The position numbers and the translations under genes were made by a program. DNA of 63,954 nt, the filler included, from Basidiobolus ranarum (Eukaryota): the NCBI GenBank assembly GCA_040143965.1. It is 3 parts of 3 records of this genome, joined end to end, with 100 filler letters (N's around TTAATTAATTAA, not from the genome) between each part and the next. Parts side by side here need not be neighbours in the genome. Positions count along the whole stretch, not along the records: positions 21,802 to 43,463 come from JASJQH010007074.1; 2 more parts are not named here. One strand, 5' to 3'. Each line of letters starts with the position of its first letter. Position 1 is the first letter of the stretch. The notes under the pieces were generated by a model. That model was given only the letters and a program-made list of their open reading frames with translations, did not search any database and was not told the DNA's origin. This document shows positions 23,307-35,386 of this stretch, piece after piece.

Positions 23307-25759
23307 TTATGTGAAAAGACGAAGTGTGGAGTCAGCTCCACTAGAGAAGATCCATGGCTGAGTAGGATGGAATTCACAGTTGAGAACACCCAAATGATCT
23401 ACAACCTCGTGTCCTTTGAGGATCTTCACTGGGACAACAAGTGGGTTCTGTAAGAGATCGTTGTACACCATTCCGTGGAAGATTTGAATGGAGCCATCAT
23501 CTGATGATGAAGCGAATAATGGGTAACGTTTGTGATAAGCAACTGAGCGAAGTGCCTTAGTATGGTAACGAAGGGTCTTGTAAGGCTTGGAGGAAAGATC
23601 AAGATCGAACCAGCAAAGACGTTTATCGTAACTTCCCATGATAACGTTGTCTCCTTGTGGATGAATGTCTAAGCTGGAAATCCACTTAACACCAGGTTGC
23701 AAAGTCTTTGCCAACTCCTGTTTCATCAAATTATAAATACGGATGTAACGCTGGGTGGCGACAAAGAACAAGGGCTTGGTTGGATGGAATATAATACTTT
23801 GAACCTGTCCCTTAGTCTTGCGGAATGGTGCTTGTGATTGATGCTTGGAAATTTGATGAATTAAAATAGAGGTAGAGTCATCTGGGCAGACAGTAGCCAT
23901 GTAGTCACCCTTCTTATGCCACTTAACTTCCTTGACATCCTTGTTGAAAGTAAGGCTAAGTTGTACCTCATTTTCACCTTTAGACCATTGAACGCTCTTC
24001 TTGGACTGCTCACTCTCTGATCCCTTCTTGGCTTGGAATCCGGATTGCAAGAATTGCTCGGTCAAAAGTTGAGTCTCAGAATCAAATACCTTCTTAGCGG
24101 CAATAAGATGAACTTTGTTGGCAGTAGAAGCAGCAAAGAGGCAGAGATCGCGATTAGGATTCCATGAAACAGAAGTGACAATATCATCGAAAGTCCATGT
24201 TTGGACACAGCGACCAGTTGAAACTTCCCATAATTTGACAGTCTTATCATCGGAACCAGAGACAATCCATAAGCCACTGGGATCAACAGAGAAGCTTCTG
24301 ACACGTGCTTCGTGACCCTTGTATGTGATGGAGAGGGTAGTTGGGAAGGGTTGGAGATCCTTGGGGCTGGGAAGCTTGGGAATCAATGACTCAGGATCAA
24401 TGTTGAGACGGTTCTTACGAACACGAGGGCAGAGATAAAGATCGAGGTTACGTTGGAATCTCTCTTGGATGAATCTATTGTAACCTGGGACTTCGCGTAA
24501 GCTGTTGAATTTCTTGGGAAGGAAATTGCGAGCACGCTCTTCGGGCTCCATATTCTCCCACTCTTCAATCTCCTCTGCAGTAGGCAAATACTCCTCAGGA
24601 GGATTGTAAGACTCGCTGTTGTCGGGCAACTTCATCTTGGGTGCGGGAATATGCATAGGGTGGTCGTCACGAGGTGTATCATCATCGTTCCATAAATTAT
24701 AGAACTTGGGCTTCTCAACAAGAGTTTTCTTGGAAACGATACGACCTTCTCTGATGGCACGTACAATCTTCATAATACGCTTATGCTCCCACTTGGAAGG
24801 AATAAATCTTCTCTTGGGCTCGGGTACATTGTTGACAGGATGAATACTGGTTTTGCTAGTGAAGAAATCAGTCCATGGCTCATAAGGATCATACTCAGCA
24901 TCGGGGATACGGCCCTCTTGAAGGCGTCTAATGATATCAAGCTCATGATCAGTAAGTACCACATCTGTTTGATTAAGTTTATCTTCAACAGAACGCCAAT
25001 TGTCAGGATCATCCATCTTAGCCAAGAAGGAGTCAAGTTCATCCCCTTTAGCGGGTCTCATAATTCTCTTGCCATCAACATCATAACCGATATGAGGGTA
25101 ATCATCATACCACTCCATAGGGATGTTACCAACAGTGTTACCTGTCTAAATAATTAAAACGACAATAAGTAAAAAGGTACAATGTAGGTATTTAGAGAAC
25201 AAGCTGAAGACGTACTTCTTCGGTGGATGAGTCACTATCGTAGTCACCTTCGATATGAGGGAGAAGCTTGCGGCGTCCTTCATGATCAACTGGGCGCCAG
25301 TCTTGAATCTCCTTTGGTTCTTCAGTACCGTCACTGAATCAGACGAATAAGTAAATATGAATACAAATTGGGAAAGAAAAAAGAAAACTACCTGTCTTCA
25401 AAGTCGTATTCTTCTTCATCGTCTTCCTCCTCCTCCAAATCCTCGTCTTCGTCGACACTATCACCAGCGACGTATTCATCCTCAGACTCCTCGTCGTCGT
25501 CCTCCTCCTCTTCTTCTTTTTCCTCCTCGCTTTGTGATTCATACTCGGGGAAAGGTTCAGGTTCGCCTTCGTCCGATTCTATGTCGTCATCTACTTCGTC
25601 ATCAGAAGCCATGTCGATAGCTACGTTTTCGAAGTTATCTTCACTTTCTGATTCCTCTTCAACCTGCTTTCTTTTTACGACAGGTTTTTTAACAGTCTTT
25701 TTGACAGGTTCTTGAGGAAGAACTTTCTTTTTAACAATAACTTTACTTGGTCTCACCAT
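23307..25759 (-). CDS. ERB1: Ribosome biogenesis protein Erb1/BOP1 (3 exons)
   Basis: Acidic N-terminus, BOP1NT region (EWYDDYPHIGYD, PKRRFIPSKWE, ESYNPPEEYL) and a C-terminal WD40 propeller. Confidence 0.97.
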
Positions 25760-26382
25760 GTTTTCGATTTGAAGAAAATAGACAAGAGGTGGAACAACGA
25801 TATGTTAAAGAACAAATAAAAACCGTGGAGGAAATGATTTTTAGTATATACAAAAAAAAATTTAGGAAATTTCCTCTTTTCTTCGTATATACATTTATTC
25901 GATTTTAGTTTAAAAAATCCTACAAATTTTTTTTCTTTTTTTTTCTTTCTTCTAGTGTTATGAATGGAATGGAAACGAGAAATCGGGTTGAAACTTCGGA
26001 TAAAAAATTCCCTCTTGATATCTGCATAACTCTGCTCCTAATTTTCATGGATTTAAGTTATGTTGCATAGATGGTTTTTTTATTGAAATTTTCTACATAT
26101 TAAAGCGTGGGTTGTGCCATCTCCTTGATATCACTAAGATCTCCATTGCCATGTCTAATAAAGAGATGAGAATAAACAACAACGATAAGATTAAAGAATA
26201 AGAGAAGAAATGGAAAGTGAACCATAAAGAAAATAGAAATCATTTAATATACAAAAGCCTCGAGTAGCTTAGCTTTAAAACATGCTGATTCAGTTGCCTA
26301 ATTTCCGAGAAACACAAAAGAAAGCCTGCCAATTGTTTCTTAATATATGAGTCCCAAAGAAATATCCTGGTAGTCGACCTCC

Positions 26383-27350
26383 CTACTGGCTAATGGCACC
26401 TAAATAATCCTCCTTAATGGTTCCAATGGCGAACTTCATAAAACAGCATTGATAAGTATGTAGAACATGGTCATAATGCTAGTAATAGGAATCTGTACGT
26501 ACAATTTCTGTAGCATCAATACGAGTACCAACAATCTTCAGACGTACTAGACCTCCTTTTTCAATAATCTATGTACATAGACGTGGTTTAGAAATATGAC
26601 CAAATAAGTGCTACTTCAAGTATTCTTATACCTGATCTTCAGATTGGTAACAAGGGGGATTTCCATTAGGGTCGAACTTCATATCAGTTGGGATAAGCTA
26701 TTTCGTTACAAAATAAAGATTGATAGTCAGCAAAGGTTGTGGAGTAGTAGCGATAGTGGCAATTTACTTACATGACTAGAAACGAATACTTGTAACGGTC
26801 CAGCATCAGCGAAGAAACCCATCTATTGAAAGGAACTAACATGAGTCACAAATGACCATCCAAGAAAAACCATCCACATACATACCTTATTAACAGTGGA
26901 AACTACCGCGTCTACAACTTCTCCTTTGAAAGGCTTGAATACGATTGCTGTGTATTTCACATTGAATTCCGCCAAACCGAAGCCAGGCAAAAGCTTCCCC
27001 TTACCAATAGTGATAATGTTCACTACAGTAATGATATACCCGAAACGACCGGAACAGGTTCCTTCTACATCTGAATGTAGCTTATCCTTTAAGAAGCCAT
27101 GCATTTCAGGGCCAAAGTATGAAGGATGAAGATGGATCGTGTGCGATAGCTCTTTCTAATAATAAGAGTTGGTTATTTAATGCGAGTTCGTACAGTGTGG
27201 ACCAAGATCAACAAGGTGAGTAAGGTAACGGTTTAATGGTATAGAATAGAAAATCATCAGCTTGGGTATCTACATTTTACGTGACAAATGAAGAATAATA
27301 GCGTGACTAGTCTAGAGCATAAAGAAACTATACACTACCAGGAAAAACAT
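26383..27350 (-). CDS. RPB7: RNA polymerase II subunit Rpb7 (multi-exon)
   Basis: [56 protein letters not shown]. Confidence 0.97.
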
Positions 27351-27755
27351 GGTTGGATGGTTCTACAGCCGGAACGAATGGTAGTATAGATTCTTTTTAT
27401 ATGGAATATGCTTAGTTCGTTCGGAGAGAATGAACCAAGACCGTTCGAGAATAGGGAGCCAAACGCTTAGTAGCCAAAATAATAAACTTCATGAAAGGTC
27501 ATCCCCGGATACGCGTTAACGTGAGATGAAAAAAATGATATTTAGTGAATATTTTTTAATCCATTACAAAACTTTAATCATAAGTTTGATCATTCATTTT
27601 CAACATGTATCTACCATTCCATAATTGCCATTCAACATTGCGGAATAATTAAAAGCTAATTTCAATGCTTATGTTTGATTTTTATATATATTTTATATTT
27701 GGTTTTTGATATTAAAATGGTGATGTACGTTTTCTGAGAGTCTACGATTTCAACA

Positions 27756-28110
27756 TTGGTACCGGCATAAGCCAAGGATAACCCTTGAAGTTCATTCAAG
27801 TATCGGACTCTTTGATCGGTGTCTATTCTTTAGGCGGGAACCGAAAACCGATTCCCTATAAAAGAGCAAACAAAGAACGCCGAATCCCGATGACCTGAAC
27901 TCTGCTTCAAGAATCAGTCACAAGGCGAACCAGCACGAAAACCGTAGGAATTGACTTCCCAGATAAACAACATAAAGTTCGGTCGTATAGCACATCAATG
28001 ACTCAAGCCTCAAAAATCACCAGCCACTAGAAGCTGGTAGGTCTGATAGAGAAAAAATATCATTGCTGAGAGATTTTCAACAGACCTTAATGAGGGATCT
28101 AAGGAATATG
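27756..28110 (-). ncRNA. Candidate structured non-coding RNA with an Sm-type site; family not recognised
   Basis: At least eight adjacent hairpins whose G-U pairs favour the minus strand. AUUUUUG at 28017-28011 directly follows two stems. TATATAA at 28149-28143 lies upstream. CpG-rich island in AT-rich DNA with no ORF in the track. Confidence 0.5.
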
Positions 28111-28223
28111 CATAGTAAGGACAGCATCCAACTCATTTGCTCTTATATACTCATGGCTTTTTTTCATCTTAAGCTAGGGATGAGGTTTATACAAGGGTTA
28201 TGGTGTTAATGTGTCACGAATGC

Positions 28224-28287
28224 TAATATTGCTCTTATTGAGTTACTAATATTAATATTACTCTTATTGAGTTACAAATATTAATAT
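28224..28287. repeat. Imperfect 29-bp tandem duplication
   Basis: taatattgctcttattgagttactaatat / taatattactcttattgagttacaaatat, followed by a partial third unit. Confidence 0.85.
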
Positions 28288-28481
28288 CACTTCACTTATC
28301 AGTTATCAATATTTATTTAGTTCTATTTAAATTAGAATAGCAAATAGTGAGGGGCGAAGAGGGAATAAGGCGGGAGATGGGTGGGTGATGCAGTGGAGAC
28401 AGATTGAAAACTTCCTGCAAGGAAATACGAGTTTACACAGTATTTGGGATTCTCTATTGATTCTAAGGTCTGAAGAGCAAA

Positions 28482-30992
28482 TCATTTTTTGGATTTACCA
28501 AAGGTCATACTACGATTACCATCATGTGGTCGTGTATGTGTTTTGGGCCCCTTCTTCTTGAATTTCTTGTCTCCCTCGATGGTAGCATATGGATCAAAGC
28601 GTGGAACACCTCGTTTCTTACCCTCGTTAAGTACGTGATGGAATTTGTGTGGGTTCACTTCATCCAATTGGTTTTTGGCTTCTACAGTGCTATAGTCGAA
28701 AGATTTGAACTCACCCTGGTCTTCCTGGGTCTCTTGAGGTTGAGCTACTGTCTTGTTCTTTTTAATTGGCTTCTTCTTTTTCTTCTCACCTGGTGCAGCT
28801 GGTCTTTTCAGGATATCCACCGGAACATCGATTTCGTTGTCTTCATTAGGAAGTAGCACCATATCCTCGTCACTCTGTTCAGCTTTAGGCTCATCGTCAT
28901 GAACACGTTTCTTAGGGAGATCGGAGATAACCAAAACTTCATGTTCTTTTTTGGTAGCGCGCTCTTTGGGTGCGACATAAACATGAACTCCAGGGGGCTC
29001 CAGTGTTTTATCATCAATAAGATGTGGAACTTCAACCGTAAGCTGTAGAGTGGAGTGTATTGTTTCAGCCAACTTTTTGTTGTTTCTTTCCACTTCAGAT
29101 TCCAATTCTGGCATCTCGTCAAATAGAGAAGAAGCAGTGGCCAAATATGGAGTAGCATCAACCATTTCCAAAGGAGATACATTGATTCTAGCTCCAGTGT
29201 TGGACTCAGGCACAGTTTGGTCATTGGTTTTCGTAGGATTCTTTAGCCCGTCGGTTTCTCCACCAGCTTCACTATCATCGAAGCGTGTATGCGTTGGCGC
29301 CACTTTAGGCAAAACGTCTTTAGTCATGTTTTTGGCCATCTCGGATTCGGCATTTGACTTGGTTCTAAGGATTAGGGTTCCTAAATCGGAAGCAAATAAT
29401 CTTACGATCGGTGGAATAGGATTACAACATCCTAGAACCCCTGGGGCATCCGTAGGCATACGTTCAGATAACGCAAACAACATATGGTTTGGAAGGACGT
29501 AACGAGTACTTTCATCCTCATCTCTAGCTGTTTGATCTCTCCATGCGTGAAGGGCTCTAAACACGGCAAACTGACGATAGTCCATGGCACGATTCCATTT
29601 GCTATACAAGTTCTTCCATCCGCCTGGACCTTCGCCAGTCTCGGGATTGTGGACCTCCTTTTCATAGGTACGCAATGCTGTTTCTTTGGATCGATCAAGC
29701 GTGGCAAGCATAAGGTTCAACGTAGTAGGGTTGGATTTGTTGATCAGTTCGTTGCGCATACGATCGTAGATATAAAGCAAGTAGTGTGTATCAGTTCTGG
29801 CATATTTCATCATCTCGGTAGGTAATGGGCGAATACGCCAGTCGGCAAGTTGATACTTCTTATCCGCATCAACATCAACATAGTGCTTTAACAAGAATGC
29901 CAGCGAATGGCTGGGGAATTCGAGCATCTTAGAGGCATGGAAAGTATCGAACAAGTGAACCACATAAAGACCTAGATCACGTTGGAGCCATTGGATATCC
30001 ATCTCTGCACCATGCAATACTTTGATGACTGTTGGGTCGGTGAACATCTTGTTGAGAACATGAAGCGAGTTGCGTAACTCAATGGTATCAACGATGAAGT
30101 CCTCATCACGTGTACTAAGTTGCATCAAACAAACAAACCCTTGGAATGAACGGTAACTGTGATGTTCTAAATCCACAGCGATCTCCTTGACTCCCTCCAA
30201 CCTCTGCATCATTTGTTCAAGACCCTCTTCGGTGTCAACCCATGTGGCACTGGTGTTGTCAAATGGCTGATAAAGCTGCTCAGGCTTGGCCTCCATAACG
30301 TGTTGAGGGTATGGTTGATGATTAAGCTCATACTCGTATGGGTGTGGAAGACTCATAGTGACATCACCATAACCCATATTCTTCATATGGTTGGCCAATG
30401 CCTCACTAACTTTGTGTTGGGTGAGACTGCTTGGTAATCCATAATCCAAAGGAACCAGTGCATTAGGCTTCTCTTTGATTATTCTTATCCAGGGTGTACT
30501 GGCAGAGTTATCGACAGTATCTTTAAATTTAAGCTGAGGTCTTAAAATATTCTGTGCATGAATCAAGTGATATTCTGATTTATCGTCGGTAGATAGCTTT
30601 GCTATACTAGCCGCACCTTGAAGGGTGGCAGTAGAAAGACTGGCGTTTAATTTTCCAGTATGTTCATCTAAACAGACATCAGCCTTTTCGAGTAGGTTGT
30701 CTACTACATCCACAACTCCACCGTATCTATCTTGTACATCATCAATATCGTAAAAAGTATCGGTGATATCTCCTCCGGCGTGTTTCAACAGTTCATTTGA
30801 CATTCTAAGGACCTTACTAGCACAGTTATCAATAGCTGTAGCCAAATCCAAGTCCAAAGACTTGTGAAACGAAAGATCAGCCGGTAAAACGCTAGCAGCT
30901 CTCGTAGCGCCTATTAAAGTACCGAAGAAACTTTTGGAGAAATCCTCAAAGTTCTCGGTAATTTTGGAAAAATGAACTCTTTCCTCACTCAT
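28482..30992 (-). CDS. RRP6: Exosome nuclease Rrp6/EXOSC10 (intronless)
   Basis: PMC2NT N-terminus, DEDD exonuclease (AVDLEHH, ADWRIRP, YARTDTHYL), HRDC domain (WRDQTARDEDES..YVLPN), basic tail. ATG at 30992. Confidence 0.97.
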   Translation of the reverse strand: MSEERVHFSKITENFEDFSKSFFGTLIGATRAASVLPADLSFHKSLDLDLATAIDNCASKVLRMSNELLKHAGGDITDTFYDIDDVQDRYGGVVDVVDNLLEKADVCLDEHTGKLNASLSTATLQGAASIAKLSTDDKSEYHLIHAQNILRPQLKFKDTVDNSASTPWIRIIKEKPNALVPLDYGLPSSLTQHKVSEALANHMKNMGYGDVTMSLPHPYEYELNHQPYPQHVMEAKPEQLYQPFDNTSATWVDTEEGLEQMMQRLEGVKEIAVDLEHHSYRSFQGFVCLMQLSTRDEDFIVDTIELRNSLHVLNKMFTDPTVIKVLHGAEMDIQWLQRDLGLYVVHLFDTFHASKMLEFPSHSLAFLLKHYVDVDADKKYQLADWRIRPLPTEMMKYARTDTHYLLYIYDRMRNELINKSNPTTLNLMLATLDRSKETALRTYEKEVHNPETGEGPGGWKNLYSKWNRAMDYRQFAVFRALHAWRDQTARDEDESTRYVLPNHMLFALSERMPTDAPGVLGCCNPIPPIVRLFASDLGTLILRTKSNAESEMAKNMTKDVLPKVAPTHTRFDDSEAGGETDGLKNPTKTNDQTVPESNTGARINVSPLEMVDATPYLATASSLFDEMPELESEVERNNKKLAETIHSTLQLTVEVPHLIDDKTLEPPGVHVYVAPKERATKKEHEVLVISDLPKKRVHDDEPKAEQSDEDMVLLPNEDNEIDVPVDILKRPAAPGEKKKKKPIKKNKTVAQPQETQEDQGEFKSFDYSTVEAKNQLDEVNPHKFHHVLNEGKKRGVPRFDPYATIEGDKKFKKKGPKTHTRPHDGNRSMTFGKSKK

Positions 30993-31478
30993 TTTTATCG
31001 AGGGAATATGAAAAATAGGTAGTGTAAGACGATTTAACAAACTCCGATATTTCAAAGAATAACTACCAAAAAAATTGTTTGTGATTAATCTGTATGTATG
31101 TATAGGCTATTTTACAAAGTAGTAAACACGGGAAGGAAATCGTTGAACTACCTTGAGTGAGAAATTCTAGGTTCAACCACAAGAGTGCTGTGGAAAATGA
31201 AAATTCCCCCTTTGAAAAAAAAAATAAAAAAAATCCCAAATTTCTAATATTCCCAATAATTATCTGAAAGTGTTTCTGGAATACTTCACTATTTGGATTA
31301 ATCGAAATTGTTGTGTACACAATAACTCAGTGATCGTTGATTGATTATCAATTGATTGAACATGTCACGACACGTAGTTTGATTTTCGTGAAGCGAGTAA
31401 ATATTATTGTTAGTCACGTAGAGTTAACCTGCAGAAGAACTAACTCTTTGATACAATACGAGCGTGAATTATGCGTAC

Positions 31479-34400
31479 ATGGACGACTCAAAAGTAACTT
31501 CCAATTGGTCTATTTTAGAGAAGTTATTACTAGCCCAGTCGGTATACAAATATGGGGATGGCAACTGGGTAGCAATCTCCAGGACTCTAAATCTTCATCG
31601 TTCCCCCTCTCGGCCAGACACTTTTTTTACCCGGAATGTAATGAGCTTTCCCTTTCTATAAAATCTCTGGATATATCCCACTGGCTTACAATCTGTTTCT
31701 AACGTCGAATTTTATAGAGTTGTGCTTTTCAATATGCTTCACTTATAAGAGAATTGGAAAGGGAGAGGTAACGCGTAAAATTACGTATTGGTAATGGTCG
31801 TCTCTAACTTCCTTTTATCTACAGTATTAAGCAATGCAACCTTAACGGATTAGGTAGGTGGGCTTTTTATCTATTTTAATAAACCAAACACGATATTGAT
31901 AGGGTAATAGAGATGCCACCTGTGTTAAAGCTTGCTAGAAAGTTATACATGGAACGAATTCAAGAACTTAAAACGTCTTTACAGAAGGATGAAGAAACAT
32001 ACCGGTAATTTTGGACATATGGATGCAATTAAGAATTTATTGAGTATTCAACTGAACATCTGCATTTCACTAGTCATCTTAGACAGGAAATAGTGGACAT
32101 ACAAACTGGAAGATGGGATAAGGAGTTGCTGGAGAGATATCATAGATTTAACAGAGATAGAAATGAAATCACCGATCATTCGAAAAAGTCTTTTACTTCG
32201 TTAGAGATTCATGTACCTCCTCTCGACCGACGGACTAGCTTTACATTGATTCCAACCTCAAAGTTACACACACCAATCTCTGTAACCGAGATACCCCTTG
32301 ATACCAATGATACTCCTGATCTCGAAACCGAAACTAAATTATCATCAGAGAGCTTTGGAGTAAAGCTTGATGCTTCTTCGGTAGTAGCTGATCTAGGAAA
32401 GCAGATTTCTGAAAGAGTCACAGTCATCCCTTCACTATCCATGAACGTATCAGGGTCGGAATTGAACATTTCTACTGTTTCGGATAGAAGTAACACCTTG
32501 GGGGATGAGGATGTTAATGAGGTTGAGGGAGTTCCTTCCACAGAGTTGATTCCGTTATCTAAAAGTACAGATATCACGAGTGCGAGTAATTCCATTCCAC
32601 AATCACATGATCCTAGTGTGGTCGAGGGTAAAGCTCAAGACGAAACATTGGATTCTTCAAGGCATACTCTAATTGATTCTCAACCACCAGAGACCCCACC
32701 GCCCAATGAGTTACTAATGAAGGCAAATCAAACAGTAATTGACGAGGGTGAGGTGGATAACTGCTCACTACTATCTCAACCCATGACCGAGTCGCCCAGC
32801 ACTGTCGAAATGCTACTTTCGAACGACAAAGATTGTCAGAAAACAGTGACTTTGGCCTCTGTTGATGATATTCATACGACCCATGTATCAGATACCCATA
32901 TGTCGCCAGTCAAAATGGGCAGCTCTGGAATTGAAATGACCAATGAATCGACATGCGAGAGCAATGAGGAGCATATGTGTATTATGGAAGAACAACCTCA
33001 AGTAATGCTGGAGGAATCAGTGGCTCGGGTTGATCAGTTGCAGGAAATTGGAGTATCGGATCAAGTAGAGGCTGATATGCTCCTAAAGAATAATATACTC
33101 TTGAAAGAAGATGCTCCAGATGAGATTTCACTCGAGTCTACTCTTCAACATAACTCTCAAGAGAATGAGTCGGTTGAAAGTACATTATCCCCGTCACTTT
33201 CGGAGAAGACACAACAGTTGGATTCGATAGAGTCAGCCGAGCAAAATCTAGAAACAGAGTCAGCCGAGCAAAATCCAGAACAAGTGATGAATCTTGCTAT
33301 TTCATTGAGTGGAGACATTCATATGCCTGCCAAAGAGTCATCCAAGGTAGATTTGGTAATAGAGGATGTTGCGTTAAAGAGTGACCAAACATATGAATCT
33401 AAACGTGCTAGGGATGATTTTTACGATGCTCCTAGCTCGTCTAAGAAGCCCAAATTTAAAACGGATCAAGAAGATTCGACAATGGAGACTGACCCTCAAG
33501 CAGATCCTAGGATTGTCGTTCAGCCACTATCATCAGGCGAAAAATCACCCCTATCGAAAGACAAGGGTGAGAGCATAGAGTCTCCCAGTAACACAAATCA
33601 TTTGCCTCTTTTAGGTGATCAACCAGTTTCCACATCTATTAGTATAATTGTGGGAACTAATGGTCTTGGTCATCAAGTAGGTGTTGGCGAGATCTTCTCC
33701 AATCCAGAATTATCCATGGACACAAGTGACGAAGACATGTCCAAATCCTCATCTATAATGGATGTTCAAAAGCCTCAGGTAGAGGAAGATGTTAGGAAGT
33801 CTTTATCTCACGATGAAGATAAACCGTTCACTTCTCACGAAAGTAAATCTGTCACTTCGCCCGAAGCAAAGGAGCAGAAGGATGCCAACAGCCTAGCGCA
33901 AGTGCCACACTCTAGTCTAGTTGAAGCTATTCAAGATCCAGGCTGCCCCAACCCTGAGTTAGTATGTAGTGCCGACATAGTTCAACCAAGGGAGACCGAT
34001 CTATGCGCTCGAGAATCTCCTATTGGTGGCTGTTTAGTGGAGGATAATACAAGCATTTTAACACCCATCTCAATCTCTGAGTGTTCCACCAAATCATTCA
34101 AAGATGAGCCAAATCATACAAGATATACTGTAGATGAGCCCCAGCCTCGTGATGCAAAGATCGATGAAGTAGCTTTGTCTGATAGGTTACTCCAAGAGGC
34201 TATTCCCAGCGAAAGTGAAGATACTGTTTCTGTAGGTGAGGATTTGGGAACTAGGTTGGATGAGTACGAGAAGCAACATCAGATGCAGACAAACATAATC
34301 GATGGAGTCGCGCCTAACTCTCCTTTAGAAACATCGAATGTTGGAATTAAAGAGTCAGGTAATGAGGTTGCTTTATTGCACTCTGAGGATCTAGCTCTGG

Positions 34401-35386
34401 ACACAAATGTATCTTCAAGCATTGATAGCAGCCAATCATCTGAACCCACTCTAAGTAGCAAGATATCAGACTCGTCGAACGAGAGCGTGCCGAAGGAATT
34501 ATTCAATGACCAATACCTTTCGTTAAATGAAGTTATTGAGACGACGACTACGGCAAAAGATAGCGACGACGATATATTGCTCCAAGATTCTGAGAAAGCG
34601 TGCTTGGAAGATACCCGAAACCAAATAGAAATGAACACAGAGATTCCCCATAGTGATGTAATTCCGGAGCTGATCAACACCCAGAATGAGGTTATCGATG
34701 GGCCTATTTTACTCGATGTAGAAAGCCTTCAAGTTACTCAACTGCCCTCCCCTCCAGGAGTGAATAACTCCAAAGTCACCCGTAAGCAAACTCAAGATGA
34801 AGCTCCGGAGTCGTCACTTGAGGCTGCACTAGATGAACCAAATAATGAAGATCTCGTATCGCCTATGTCTTTACAACACAGCTGCAAGCTTAGCGTAGAT
34901 AAGAGAGAGGACTCGGAGGATGATGAAGTCTCTGATGCCGAAACTTCTGATGGTGGCGCTTACTCAGAAAAGAAGGCTCCCTCCTCTTTTATCGAGGATA
35001 AAAAGCATAAGAGTTGGAAGAAATTAATCTTGATGGTATGGCGAGAGATTGTTAACGATAGGTTTGGAGCAGTTTTCATGCATCCTATCAAAGAACAAGC
35101 AGCTCCAGGATATTATGGTGTTATAAAGCAACCGATGGATTTGAAATCTATCAAGCAACGAATTCGCGAAGGAGTTATTACTTCTACCGACGAGTTTCAT
35201 CGCGATATATTACTAATGTTCCAGAACGCCCTAATGTACAATAAAACCGACTCCGAAATTTACCAAATGGCAGTGGAAATGAGAGACCGGGTAGAGCAAG
35301 AAATACAGGCTTTTAAGAAAACTGAAGTGATAACCGAACCCGAAACACCCACCACTAGAAGAAAAGCCAACTACGAGGAGATATAA
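31479..35386 (+). CDS. BRD8: BRD8/Bdc1-like SANT + bromodomain protein (NuA4-associated)
   Basis: N-terminal WSILEKLLLAQSVYKYGDGNWVAISRTL, then LARKLYMERIQELK and DIQTGRWD, a long acidic linker, and a C-terminal bromodomain (FMHPI...APGYYGVIKQPMDL...LMFQNALMYN). Confidence 0.88.
33229..33281 (+). repeat. In-frame 27-bp tandem duplication inside the BRD8 linker
   Basis: agagtcagccgagcaaaatctagaaac / agagtcagccgagcaaaatccagaac, encoding ESAEQNLET ESAEQNPEQ. Confidence 0.9.

Noticed and set aside
27756-28110. Assignment of the structured RNA to U12, U2, snR30/U17 or RNase P/MRP
   Set aside because: Only partial look-alikes: no UGCCUUAAAC/GUAAGGA, no GUAGUA, AUAUUCCU without the AAACCAU partner, and the AAGUCAA/UUGGCUU pairing lacks the P4 bulge and CR-V pattern.
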